NCBI GenBank assembly: GCA_963741945.1
Contig: CAVUKA010000003.1
Coordinates: forward strand, 320,001-384,000
From: an uncultured Gemmatimonadales bacterium
GTDB lineage: Bacteria > Gemmatimonadota > Gemmatimonadetes > Longimicrobiales > RSA9
Reading direction: 5' to 3'
DNA: 64,000 bases
Shown one piece after another: positions 8,809 to 17,441 of this stretch. Under the pieces are notes generated by a model. That model saw only the letters and a program-made list of their open reading frames with translations. It ran no database searches and was not told the DNA's origin. The position numbers and the translations under genes are program-made. How positions within the stretch are numbered: the first letter of the stretch is position 1; each line of letters begins with the position of its first letter.

Positions 8809-9927
8809 ATGCACGACATCCCCGACTCCCCGCCGCCCGCACCCCGCCGGCCGCTCGTCGCGCCGGCCTCCGGAGATGCGGCGGCCAGGCGGGCGCATCT
8901 GCGGGAGCACGTTCGCGCCGGCGCGGAGAACCGTCCCGGGGTCTACCGCATGCTCGGGCCTGGGGAGCAGGTGCTGTACGTGGGCAAGTCGATCCGGGTC
9001 CGGGGCCGCCTGCTGTCGTACTTCCGGGCGGAGCCCGGCGAGAAGGGTGCGGAGATCCTGGACCTGACGGAGCGAATCGAATGGGATGACCACCCGAGCG
9101 AGTTCGCCGCGCTGCTGCGGGAGTTCCGCCAGATCCGTCGTCTGCGGCCGCCATTCAACGTCCAGCACAAGAAGGAGCGGGCGGTGTGCTTCATCCGGAT
9201 CCCGCGGGAGCCGGTACCGAGGGTGGTGGTGACCACGCGCCCCCTGGACGACGGGTCCGAGTATCACGGGCCCCTGCTCGGCGCCGCCCGGGTCCGTATG
9301 GCAGTGCGGGTGCTGGTGGACGCGCTTCAGCTCCGGGATTGTCCGGCGACGACGCCGCTGCGGCTGGCGGACCAGGCCGACCTCTTCGGGGCCTCCTACA
9401 ACCCGCTGTGCGCGCGAGCGGAGTTCGAGCGGTGCCTGGCGCCGTGCGCGGCGGGGTGTACGGAGGGCGGGTACGCCGCGCGGCTGAATGTCGCGCGGCG
9501 CTTCCTTCGCGGGGAGACGGATGAGCCGCTGAATCGGCTGCGCGCGCAGCTTCGTGTGGCGGCAGAGCGGTGGCTCTTCGAGTACGCGGCGGTGGTGGCG
9601 GAGCGGATCGAGCTGCTCTCGGGTGTTCGGTCTTCGCTGCTCCAGACGGAGCGTGCGCTGACCCGTCTCACGGCGCTCTATCCAGTGACGGGACACGCGG
9701 GCGAGGACCGGGTGTACGTGCTGCAGCGCGGCCTGGTCCGGGCCGAGCTGCCGGTCCCGGCGGACGAGCGTGGGCGAACGGCGATCCGCCGCCAGGCCGA
9801 CCGCCTCCTCTCCTCCCCCGTCCCCGCGCCAGCGAGAATCGGTAGCGACGGCGTGGCCGAGTCGCTTCTGGTGGAGCGCTGGTTCCGTCGCAATCCGGGT
9901 GAGCGGGAGCGGCTGCGGGCGAGCTGA
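8809..9927 (+). CDS. GIY-YIG nuclease, UvrC N-terminal/Cho-like
   Basis: PGVYRM...LYVGKS...RLLSYF, E..IRRLRPPFN, Cys cluster LRDC...C...CLAPC, UVR-like WLFEYAA; no RNase H or HhH C-terminal half. Confidence 0.88.
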   Translation: MHDIPDSPPPAPRRPLVAPASGDAAARRAHLREHVRAGAENRPGVYRMLGPGEQVLYVGKSIRVRGRLLSYFRAEPGEKGAEILDLTERIEWDDHPSEFAALLREFRQIRRLRPPFNVQHKKERAVCFIRIPREPVPRVVVTTRPLDDGSEYHGPLLGAARVRMAVRVLVDALQLRDCPATTPLRLADQADLFGASYNPLCARAEFERCLAPCAAGCTEGGYAARLNVARRFLRGETDEPLNRLRAQLRVAAERWLFEYAAVVAERIELLSGVRSSLLQTERALTRLTALYPVTGHAGEDRVYVLQRGLVRAELPVPADERGRTAIRRQADRLLSSPVPAPARIGSDGVAESLLVERWFRRNPGERERLRAS

Positions 9928-9976
9928 AGCAGCCCCGGGAGCCGGACCGGCTGCGGCCGACCCGGGGCGTGCCGAG

Positions 9977-9992
9977 GGGTACGCGCCTTGCA
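9977..9992 (+). promoter_or_regulatory. Possible sigma54 promoter
   Basis: gGGTACGcgccTTGCA (GG-N10-GC) just upstream of the 10008 ORF. Confidence 0.45.
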
Positions 9993-10007
9993 CGGAAAGG
10001 GCCCACC

Positions 10008-10463
10008 ATGACTGCCCAGAACCGATCCGACCCGCCAGGTGGCACCCTCGACCAGCGCCTGCACCGCCTCATCGACGCCGTGGACGGGCTCGGCGCGGGC
10101 GAGGAGGAGCGCCGCGAGCAGCTGGTCGAGCGCGCCGAAGGGCGGGGCCTCAGCCGCACCACCGCGGAGCAGGCCTACGACATCTCCCGCGAAGAACGGC
10201 TGGAGCCTGCGCTCGGGATGGCCGTGGTGGCGGAGGGATTGAGCGTGCGTCTGCTCGACGAAGCGGGAGCGGACGTGGCGACGACGGAATCCTCCGAGCC
10301 GGAGTGGCTGGACGACCCGCCGGACCCCGCCCGCGCGGCCCGCGAGCGGCGGCTGCGCACGACGTTCCGACGACTGCGGTCGCTCATGGACGGTGACTGT
10401 GACGCGCGCGAAGCTGTGCGCGCATTCGCCCGCCAGCCGGACCTGGAGCAGTACGACTACTGA
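10008..10463 (+). CDS. Hypothetical acidic helical protein
   Basis: Protein-like composition and G/C-ending codons; GGAAAGG before the ATG; no recognised domain. Confidence 0.8.
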   Translation: MTAQNRSDPPGGTLDQRLHRLIDAVDGLGAGEEERREQLVERAEGRGLSRTTAEQAYDISREERLEPALGMAVVAEGLSVRLLDEAGADVATTESSEPEWLDDPPDPARAARERRLRTTFRRLRSLMDGDCDAREAVRAFARQPDLEQYDY

Positions 10464-10927
10464 GCCAGCGCGAGCATCTGCACGTCCGCCCGCTCACCCA
10501 GCACCAGCAGTGCAACGGAGGGCGCGAGTCCGAAGCGCGCCGCGCCCGCCGAGCCCGGATTCACGATGAGCGCGCCGCCGTGCTCTGCCACCAGCGGGCG
10601 ATGGGTGTGGCCGTAAACGATGATGTCCGCGTCCGGGCACGCCTCGCGCAGGGACTCCGGCCTCGGGGAGCCCAGCTGATGGCCGTGCAGCAGCACCAGC
10701 GTCCGGCCGGCCAGCTCCAGGCGGACCCTCTCTGAAACGTGCTGGCGTACGTCGAGCCGATCCGTGTTGCCCCACACGGCCGTGACGGGCGCGACCGCTT
10801 CCAGCTCGGTCAGCAGGTCGAGCGGGCCGATGTCTCCGGCATGGAGGATCCGCTCGACGCCCTCGAACAGCGCGAATACCTCGTTGCGCAGCCTGCCATG
10901 TGTATCGCTGATCAGCCCGATCCTCAT
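10457..10927 (-). CDS. YfcE/MJ0936-family metallophosphoesterase
   Basis: MRIGLISDTHG, HAGD, VWGNTD, HGH, YGHTH, VNPGS. Confidence 0.93.
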   Translation of the reverse strand: MRIGLISDTHGRLRNEVFALFEGVERILHAGDIGPLDLLTELEAVAPVTAVWGNTDRLDVRQHVSERVRLELAGRTLVLLHGHQLGSPRPESLREACPDADIIVYGHTHRPLVAEHGGALIVNPGSAGAARFGLAPSVALLVLGERADVQMLALAQ

Positions 10928-11311
10928 CCGTCCACCCCCCCTGCTCGCGCCACCGGAACCCCGAAAGGGACAGCACGAAACTGGCCATGTAGGAGAAGAA
11001 CACGCCGGACAGCATCCACGTGGGGCCTCTCCCATGAATGCGCCGGAAGGTCCGCATGTTGCGCTTCCCCGCCAATGGAAGCCAGACCGCATGACCGAAA
11101 GGCCCGCCATACGCGACACGTTCCGCCGCCGATCGGCCACGGACACGTCCACGCCCGGGAACCCGCTCGCCTGAGCTCCACCCGGTCGGCGGCGGAGGCG
11201 AGCGCCGCCGCGCGTCGCGCGGGCGCGTGTTCCGGCATAGAATAGAGGTTTCCAATCGGCCCGCCGGCGCCCGGCGAACGCGGCGCTGGCGAGCGCCCCG
11301 CTTCAACCTGG

Positions 11312-11338
11312 CGAAACCTGTCCGGCGACGCAGCCGTA
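11312..11338 (+). promoter_or_regulatory. Autoregulatory ECF promoter
   Basis: CGAAAC-N17-CGTA, 36 nt upstream of the sigma ATG; resembles the SigW consensus TGAAAC-N16-CGTA. Confidence 0.72.
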
Positions 11339-11374
11339 CCGTTCTCCGGGCCCGGACCCGCTCAACCGCGGTAG

Positions 11375-11968
11375 ATGGTGGAATACGCGCAACTCAGCGA
11401 CCAGGACGTCATCGAGCACGCCCGCAAGGGGCGTGAATCTGCGTTCAGGGAGTTGATCCGTCGCTATGAGCGGCCCGTCTTCAGCGTGATCTACCGGATG
11501 GTTCGGGACCGGGAGCTCTCGGAAGACCTGGCGCAGGACACGTTCATCAAAGTCCTGAACGCGCTCGACCGCTACGACCCGTCGTACAAGTTCAGCTCGT
11601 GGATCTTCAAGATCGCGCACAACACCACCATCGATCACATCCGGAAGAAGACGCCGGAGACGCTCTCCCTGGAAGGATCGCCGCACGCGCGAACGCCCGA
11701 GCAGATGGAGGCCACATCGTTCACGGCCGTGGACCACGCGGAGGACCCGGAACAATACGCGCAGAGCCAGGAAGTGGGGGCGGAGATCGAAGCGGCGATC
11801 GCGCAGCTGAGGCCGGAGTACCGGGAAGCGATCCTGCTGTGGCATGTCGAGGGTCGTGCGTACGACGAGATCGCGGAAATCATGGATCTGCCACTCGGCA
11901 CCGTGAAGACCTACATACATCGCGGGCGCAACGAGTTGCGCAAGAAGCTGGAACATCTGCGAAGCTGA
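11375..11968 (+). CDS. ECF RNA polymerase sigma factor (SigW/RpoE-like)
   Basis: Region 2 SEDLAQDTFIK...FSSWIFKIAHNTTIDH; region 4 YDEIAEIMDLPLGTVKTYIHRGR. Confidence 0.96.
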   Translation: MVEYAQLSDQDVIEHARKGRESAFRELIRRYERPVFSVIYRMVRDRELSEDLAQDTFIKVLNALDRYDPSYKFSSWIFKIAHNTTIDHIRKKTPETLSLEGSPHARTPEQMEATSFTAVDHAEDPEQYAQSQEVGAEIEAAIAQLRPEYREAILLWHVEGRAYDEIAEIMDLPLGTVKTYIHRGRNELRKKLEHLRS

Positions 11969-11992
11969 AACTCTCGGCCGGCCACGGTCGTA
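11966..11992 (+). promoter_or_regulatory. Internal ECF promoter for the anti-sigma and downstream genes
   Basis: TGAAAC-N17-CGTA; the TGA is the sigma gene stop codon (11966-11968). Confidence 0.72.
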
Positions 11993-12029
11993 GGGAGCAC
12001 CGGAGACGAGAAGTCATGGAGAAGAGAGC

Positions 12030-12674
12030 GTGACGGAGAACCTTACTCACCCGACGCCCGAGCGGCTCGAAGCCCTGGTCGAGGAGACCCTCGACCCGGG
12101 TGATCGCGCGGCGCTCGAGATGCATGTAGCCACGTGCGCCCGGTGCAGTGTCGAGGTGGACGAGCTGCGGTCGCTGTTCGCGGCGCTGGGGGCTCTCCCG
12201 GAGATGGCGCCTTCCGCCCGATTCGCCGACCGCGTCATGACGCGCGTCCGGGTCCGCCGGCCCGCGCTCGCCTGGGCGAACGCCTGGATCGAACGGATCA
12301 CGCCCCAAAGCACACGCGGCTGGGCCGCCGCTACGGCGGTCTTCGCCCTCCCGGTGCTCGGAGCCTCCCTGCTCGTGCTGTGGCTCATGGCGCAGCCGGG
12401 CGTGAGTGCGCAGGGGCTGTTGACGGTGACCTCCAACCTGGTGGGCAGCGCGGCGTCCAGTGCGTGGCAGTGGACCTGGATTCGGCTCGCCGGGTCCGGC
12501 ATCGCGGCCACGGCCATCGAGCTCTTCCAGTTCGTGGCCTCCGTAGGACGTGGCGAGATCGGCCTCGCCATGGTGATGTTCGCGACTCTGACCATCGGCT
12601 CCATCTACGTCCTGTACCAGAACCTGTTCCGCACGACACCGCGGAGAAGCCAACATGCGTCGTACGTTTTCTGA
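12030..12674 (+). CDS. Zinc-binding (zf-HC2/ZAS) membrane anti-sigma factor
   Basis: H...HVATCARC (HxxxCxxC), FADRVM, two hydrophobic segments; directly follows the ECF sigma. Confidence 0.9.
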   Translation: MTENLTHPTPERLEALVEETLDPGDRAALEMHVATCARCSVEVDELRSLFAALGALPEMAPSARFADRVMTRVRVRRPALAWANAWIERITPQSTRGWAAATAVFALPVLGASLLVLWLMAQPGVSAQGLLTVTSNLVGSAASSAWQWTWIRLAGSGIAATAIELFQFVASVGRGEIGLAMVMFATLTIGSIYVLYQNLFRTTPRRSQHASYVF

Positions 12675-14004
12675 ACCGCTGATCCCGGCCCTGCTGGGTG
12701 CGGCCCTGATGGCCGGACCGGCGAGGGCGCAGGAGCCCGAGCGTCCGGCATCGGATCTGGCCTCGAGCAACATCTCGGTCTCGCGTGAGTCGGCGCAGCT
12801 CCGGCTCGAGCTGAAGGGCGGACGGGAGATGGTGCTGGAGCTGGGACCGGAGGGACAGGTCCTGGTGAATGGCGACCGGATCGGGAGCTACGAGCGCCGC
12901 GATGCGCTCGACCGCTCGTGGCGAGAGCTCCTGCAGAAGGCCATGGAAGCTCCCACGGCGACGATCCCGGAGATGCTGGTCGCCTGGAGCCCGCCGGACG
13001 AGTCCGGCGGGGTGGGCCGCCGCCTGGACCGGGAGCTGGAAGGCGCACTGACCGGGACTCCCGCGGGCGCGGCCGCGCCGGCCGCTGCGGGGCCGAGCGG
13101 GGCGGCGGCGGGAGAGGGGACACCGGCCACGGTCCAGAACCCGTCGGCCCCGGCGGACGCCGAGGACAGCATCCGACACCTCAACGAGCGACTGCAGAAG
13201 CTCGAGCAGGTGCTGGAGGACCCGAGCGCGGCCGACCGGGTTGGCGAGATCGAGAACCTGGACATTCCAGCGCTGAAGAACCTGCGACGTGACCTGGAGC
13301 GTCAGATCCGGGCCCAGGTCCAGGCGGAAATGCGCGGGGACATGGCGAGCGACCACGACTGGATGTCCTACTGGACGTCGCCGTGGCGCCGGATCACGCG
13401 GGGGATCGGTGCGATTTTCTCCACGCTCATGGTCTATGCGATCATGGTGGGGATGGGGTTCCTGACGGTGTATTTCGGCCGGAAGTACCTGGAGACGATC
13501 GCGGACACGGCCCGGACGCAGACGCTGCGGTCCGGACTGGTGGGACTCGCGGGCTCCTTCCTGGTGCTGCCCGCCTATATCCTGGGTCTGCTGGTGCTGG
13601 CGGTCTCGATCGTGGGAATCCCGCTGCTGCTCGTGTTCGCTCCACTCTTCCCGGTGGCCGTGGTGCTGGCCGCCATGGGCGGGTACCTGGGCGTGGCGCA
13701 TGCGGCGGGCGAGGCGCTGGCGGAGCGGAGGTTCTCGGGGAGCGAATGGTTCACTCGCGCCAATTCCTATTACTACATGCTCAGCGGCATCGGCCTGCTG
13801 CTGGTGCTCTATATCGCCGCGCAGATCGTGAGCATGGCCGGACCGTGGCTCGGATTCCTGGAAGGGCTGCTGAAGTTCCTGGCGATCGTGCTGACCTGGG
13901 CCGCGTTCACCGTGGGGTTCGGCGCGTTCCTGATCTCGCGGGCGGGCACCCGCGGGGGCAATGGAGATCTGGCGGCCGGTCTGGAGGAGGAGGCTCATGT
14001 TTGA
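12655..14004 (+). CDS. Exported/multi-pass membrane protein of the ECF operon
   Basis: Signal-like N-terminus (ARA-QE), soluble domain, Ala-rich linker, coiled coil, then about 5-6 hydrophobic helices. Confidence 0.85.
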   Translation: MRRTFSEPLIPALLGAALMAGPARAQEPERPASDLASSNISVSRESAQLRLELKGGREMVLELGPEGQVLVNGDRIGSYERRDALDRSWRELLQKAMEAPTATIPEMLVAWSPPDESGGVGRRLDRELEGALTGTPAGAAAPAAAGPSGAAAGEGTPATVQNPSAPADAEDSIRHLNERLQKLEQVLEDPSAADRVGEIENLDIPALKNLRRDLERQIRAQVQAEMRGDMASDHDWMSYWTSPWRRITRGIGAIFSTLMVYAIMVGMGFLTVYFGRKYLETIADTARTQTLRSGLVGLAGSFLVLPAYILGLLVLAVSIVGIPLLLVFAPLFPVAVVLAAMGGYLGVAHAAGEALAERRFSGSEWFTRANSYYYMLSGIGLLLVLYIAAQIVSMAGPWLGFLEGLLKFLAIVLTWAAFTVGFGAFLISRAGTRGGNGDLAAGLEEEAHV

Positions 14005-14875
14005 CCACTGGCAGACGGCTGGAGGTCTGACGGCCGGACTGGCGCTGGCGCTGACGCTGGCGCCCGCTCCGGCACGGGGCCAGGACTGGCGCAACGTGTC
14101 CTCGTTCCGCGAGCGGGGGCCCGAATCCGAGATGAAGGTGAAAGTGCAGTACGGCGCGGGGCGGCTCGGCATCCGGCCGGCGAAGGGTGGGGAGCTGTAC
14201 CGCGTGGACATCCGCTACGACTCGGACCTGTTCGATCCGATCACGAAGTACGGCCCCGGCAGCCTGGAAGTGGGCGTGGAAGGCACGGGCCGGGGCGTGA
14301 GGCTGAAGAACCACAAGGGCGGAGAGATGAACCTGACTCTTTCGCCCGACGTTCCGCTGACCCTGAACCTCGATTTCGGTGCGGTGGAAGCGAAGCTGGA
14401 CCTGGGCGGCCTGCAGATCCGGGCGCTGGACATCGAGACGGGAGCGAGCGATACGGAGCTGGGCTTCTCGACCCCAAACCCGGTCCAATGCAGCACGCTT
14501 TCGATCCAGATGGGAGCGGCCGCGTTCACGGCGGACAAGCTCGCCAACTCCAATTGCCGGAACGTGGACGTGGAAGGCGGCGTGGGTGACGTGAAACTGG
14601 ACTTCACTGGCGCGTGGCAGCACGACATGAACGCCGACATCACGCTGGCGCTGGGCTCCATGACGTTCGTGGTACCGGAGGACGTGGGCGTCCAGGTGGA
14701 GAAGGACACGTTCCTGACGGGCTTCGACAGCGAAGGGTTCATGAAGACGGGTGGGGTGTATCAGTCGAGGAACTGGGATTCCGCGCGCCGGCGCCTGATG
14801 GTGAAGCTGGAAGGCGCCTTCGGATCGGTGGATGTCCGCTGGGCGAGCCCGGCGGGCGACGTCGCCACCCCGTAG
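13997..14875 (+). CDS. Exported beta-solenoid protein (toast-rack/LiaF-LiaG/DUF2154-like)
   Basis: Signal peptide (ARG-QD), repeated beta motifs (LNLDFGAVE, LDIETGASD, LSIQMGAA, VDVEGGVGD); GGAGGAGG RBS. Confidence 0.8.
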   Translation: MFDHWQTAGGLTAGLALALTLAPAPARGQDWRNVSSFRERGPESEMKVKVQYGAGRLGIRPAKGGELYRVDIRYDSDLFDPITKYGPGSLEVGVEGTGRGVRLKNHKGGEMNLTLSPDVPLTLNLDFGAVEAKLDLGGLQIRALDIETGASDTELGFSTPNPVQCSTLSIQMGAAAFTADKLANSNCRNVDVEGGVGDVKLDFTGAWQHDMNADITLALGSMTFVVPEDVGVQVEKDTFLTGFDSEGFMKTGGVYQSRNWDSARRRLMVKLEGAFGSVDVRWASPAGDVATP

Positions 14876-14905
14876 CGCTCAACACGGATCGAAGGAGGAG
14901 GAAGG

Positions 14906-15133
14906 ATGCTGGCGACCCTGTTGTCGTTCCTGATCGTGGGGATCCTTGCCGTGCTGGTCATCGGCGTGGTCCTGGCCATCGTGGGCGCGGTCCTGGGACT
15001 GGCGTTCTCGCTGGTTGGAGTCCTGCTTTTCAAGGTGGCCCCGCTCCTGCTGGTGGGCTACCTGGTGTTCCGGCTGTTCTCGCCGCGCAAGCCGCGACTG
15101 TCGAAGGCGGATCGCGAGTGGCTGGAGAGCTGA
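14906..15133 (+). CDS. Small membrane protein (75 aa)
   Basis: Long hydrophobic stretch with a basic tail; strong AGGAGGAGG RBS; last gene of the ECF operon. Confidence 0.85.
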   Translation: MLATLLSFLIVGILAVLVIGVVLAIVGAVLGLAFSLVGVLLFKVAPLLLVGYLVFRLFSPRKPRLSKADREWLES

Positions 15134-15139
15134 ACGGCC

Positions 15140-15922
15140 TCAGTCGTCGGATCCCGAGCGGACAGTGACGCGCGCGCCGCGGCCGGCCTCGAGCCGGGCC
15201 GCGGCGCTGCCGTTCCGGACGGAGACCTCCAGAAGTCCCAGCGACCCCACCAGCGCGACCGGCTCCCCGCGCGCCACATCTCCGTAAGTCCGACGGAGAG
15301 GTCCGACCTCGTGAGCGCCCACCCGAACCCGTACGCCAGGCGACAGCCACGCGGCGGGGATGTCGGTGATCAGATTGCCGAACGCATCGGCGTGCATCAC
15401 CTGCCCCTCGATCCTGCTCCCGTCCCGGCGAGGCTCGGTCACCGTCAGCAGTACGGGGTCGTGCACGGGGTCGCCGAGCTCCTCCAGCGGCTCGCCGGCA
15501 GCGATACGACCGGCGGCCGGGGCGAACACATCCCGCCCGTGGAACGTGGCCGACACCTGCCCGGCAGGACCGCGTGGGGGCGTGGGCAGGCTGACGATGC
15601 GGACGTGGGTGGCGCCACGAAGCACGAACGTGAGCACGCCATTGTCCGGGGCGACGTAGTAGTGGCCATCGATACGGGCGGCAATGGCCCGTCGCTCCGT
15701 GCCGACGCCGGGGTCCACCACGACCACGTGGACGGAGCCCTCCGGGTACAGGGCGGCGTAGCGTGAGAGGGCGAGGGCGGCGGCGAAGACGTCGCCCTGG
15801 GAAATGTCGTGGGATGCGAGATCGATCACGGCGGACGGCGCGGCCGTGGCGATGACACCGCTCATCGCCGCGGCATAGCCGTCGGCCGTGCCGAAGTCCG
15901 TGAGGAGCGTCAGGCGGATCAC
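15140..15922 (-). CDS. SAM hydroxide adenosyltransferase / SAM-dependent halogenase family (DUF62)
   Basis: LLTDFG, VVVVDPGVGTERR, APDNG, SATFHGRDVFAP, DAFGNLIT, LEVSVRNGSA. Confidence 0.93.
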   Translation of the reverse strand: MIRLTLLTDFGTADGYAAAMSGVIATAAPSAVIDLASHDISQGDVFAAALALSRYAALYPEGSVHVVVVDPGVGTERRAIAARIDGHYYVAPDNGVLTFVLRGATHVRIVSLPTPPRGPAGQVSATFHGRDVFAPAAGRIAAGEPLEELGDPVHDPVLLTVTEPRRDGSRIEGQVMHADAFGNLITDIPAAWLSPGVRVRVGAHEVGPLRRTYGDVARGEPVALVGSLGLLEVSVRNGSAAARLEAGRGARVTVRSGSDD

Positions 15923-15935
15923 GGATGCGACAGCG

Positions 15936-17051
15936 TCAGACGCCGATCCCCTCCTCCACCATGCTCAGGACCCGGTTCGCGATCGCGGTGAACGCGGTCC
16001 CGGCGGGAGAATCGGGGGCGGAAAGGGCCGTGGGCTGGCCGGTGTCGCCGGCGGCCCGGACGGCGATATCGAGCGGTACGTCGCCCAGGAAGGGAATGCC
16101 CATCTCCTCGGCCAGCGCCCGTCCGCCGCCCGTTCCGAAGATGTCGTGGCGCTCACCGCACCCGGGGCAGATGAAACCGCTCATGTTTTCGACGAGGCCG
16201 AGGATATCGGTGTTGACGCGCTCAAACATGCGAACGGCACGGCGCACGTCGGCCGTGGAGACATCCTGGGGGGTGGTGACCATGACCGCGCCATCGAGCT
16301 CGATGGTCTGGGCCAGCGAGAGCTGGGCGTCTCCGGTGCCCGGCGGCAGGTCCACCACCATGATGTCCAGCTCGCCCCACTCCACCTGCTCCAGGAACTG
16401 CTTCAGGATCCCGGTGATGAGGGGGCCGCGCATGATGGCGGGCTGGTCGGACTCCAGCAGGAACCCGAGACTCATGAGCTTCACGCCGTGGGCTTCGAGC
16501 GGGACGATCCGCTCCTGCCCTCGCTCGCCCGCCACCCGGGGACGCCGCGTCTCACCGAACATCTGCGGGATGTTGGGGCCGTAAATGTCGGCGTCCAGAA
16601 GCCCGACCTTCTTGCCTTGCGCGGCGTACGCCACGGCCAGGTTCGCGGCCACAGTGGACTTGCCCACGCCGCCCTTGCCGGAGCTGACGGCAATGAAATG
16701 GCCCACGCCCGGGAGCAGTCCCGTCTGCGGCGTGGGGGCGGGCACGGAGCCCGGGGCCTTCTGACGCTGCGGCGCCGTGCGGGCCTGCTGCGCCTGCGCC
16801 TGCATCGATTGGGGGAGCTGCACGTCGATCTTGACCCGCTCCACCCCGTCCACCGCTTCCACCGCCGCGCGCGTGTCGCGCACCAGCGTACCCGGGTCGT
16901 CGGGCCCCAGCGCGAAGCCGAAGGAGACCACTCCGTCCTCGACGGAGAGCGCCTCGACCTGGGACCCGAGCACGGGTGCGCCCGTGCTGGGGTTGGTCAC
17001 CTCGCTGAGAGCCGCGCGGACCCTCGCTTCCAGTTCACCTGCCATGCCCAT
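15936..17051 (-). CDS. mrp: Mrp/NBP35 (ApbC) Fe-S cluster carrier ATPase
   Basis: N-terminal DUF59-like domain, SGKGGVGKS, DADIYGP, DLPPGTGD, ENMSGFICPGC. Confidence 0.94.
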   Translation of the reverse strand: MGMAGELEARVRAALSEVTNPSTGAPVLGSQVEALSVEDGVVSFGFALGPDDPGTLVRDTRAAVEAVDGVERVKIDVQLPQSMQAQAQQARTAPQRQKAPGSVPAPTPQTGLLPGVGHFIAVSSGKGGVGKSTVAANLAVAYAAQGKKVGLLDADIYGPNIPQMFGETRRPRVAGERGQERIVPLEAHGVKLMSLGFLLESDQPAIMRGPLITGILKQFLEQVEWGELDIMVVDLPPGTGDAQLSLAQTIELDGAVMVTTPQDVSTADVRRAVRMFERVNTDILGLVENMSGFICPGCGERHDIFGTGGGRALAEEMGIPFLGDVPLDIAVRAAGDTGQPTALSAPDSPAGTAFTAIANRVLSMVEEGIGV

Positions 17052-17136
17052 GCCTCGCTATCTCATGAACGAGCGGCCGGCGCCCCGATGGGGGCGGCCG
17101 GCCGTCGAAGATCGGTTCCATTTCCGACTACAGCCT

Positions 17137-17367
17137 TCAGAATGCCTGGACTTCGCGGACCTGCGGCACGGCCGTCAGGATCCTGCGCTCGATTCCCTGG
17201 CGCAGTGTCACATCCGAGATCGGACACTCGCCGCACGCGCCGAGGAACCGCAGCTTCAGCACGCCGGCCGGCTCGTCGAAGGCGACGAACTCCACATCGC
17301 CGCCGTCGGACCGCAGCGCCGGGCGGATGGCCGCCAGCACATCGAGTATCTGCTCCTGCACCTTCAT
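17137..17367 (-). CDS. NifU-C/NfuA-like Fe-S scaffold
   Basis: IRPALRSDGGDVE, GACGECPIS..TLRQGIE. Confidence 0.92.
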   Translation of the reverse strand: MKVQEQILDVLAAIRPALRSDGGDVEFVAFDEPAGVLKLRFLGACGECPISDVTLRQGIERRILTAVPQVREVQAF

Positions 17368-17380
17368 GACCGCTCCTCGT

Positions 17381-17416
17381 GCATCCCCCGCGCGGCCACA
17401 GGCCGCCGGGGGATGC
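17381..17416. other. Strong intergenic hairpin between pruA and nifU
   Basis: GCATCCCCCG/CGGGGGATGC outer stem plus GCGGCC/GGCCGC inner stem; no clear U-tract. Confidence 0.45.
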
Positions 17417-17441
17417 TACCCGTCAGGCTCCGAGAGTTTCC

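Noticed and set aside
15140-15922. Possible fluorinase/chlorinase
   Set aside because: It retains the Asp/Arg/His pattern (DPG, ERR, FHG) typical of common DUF62 SAM hydrolases and is not in a biosynthetic cluster.
17417-17441. Fifth ECF promoter upstream of nifU (minus strand GGAAAC...GGTA)
   Set aside because: The spacer is 15 nt and the -10 is GGTA, which does not fit the N17-CGTA pattern.
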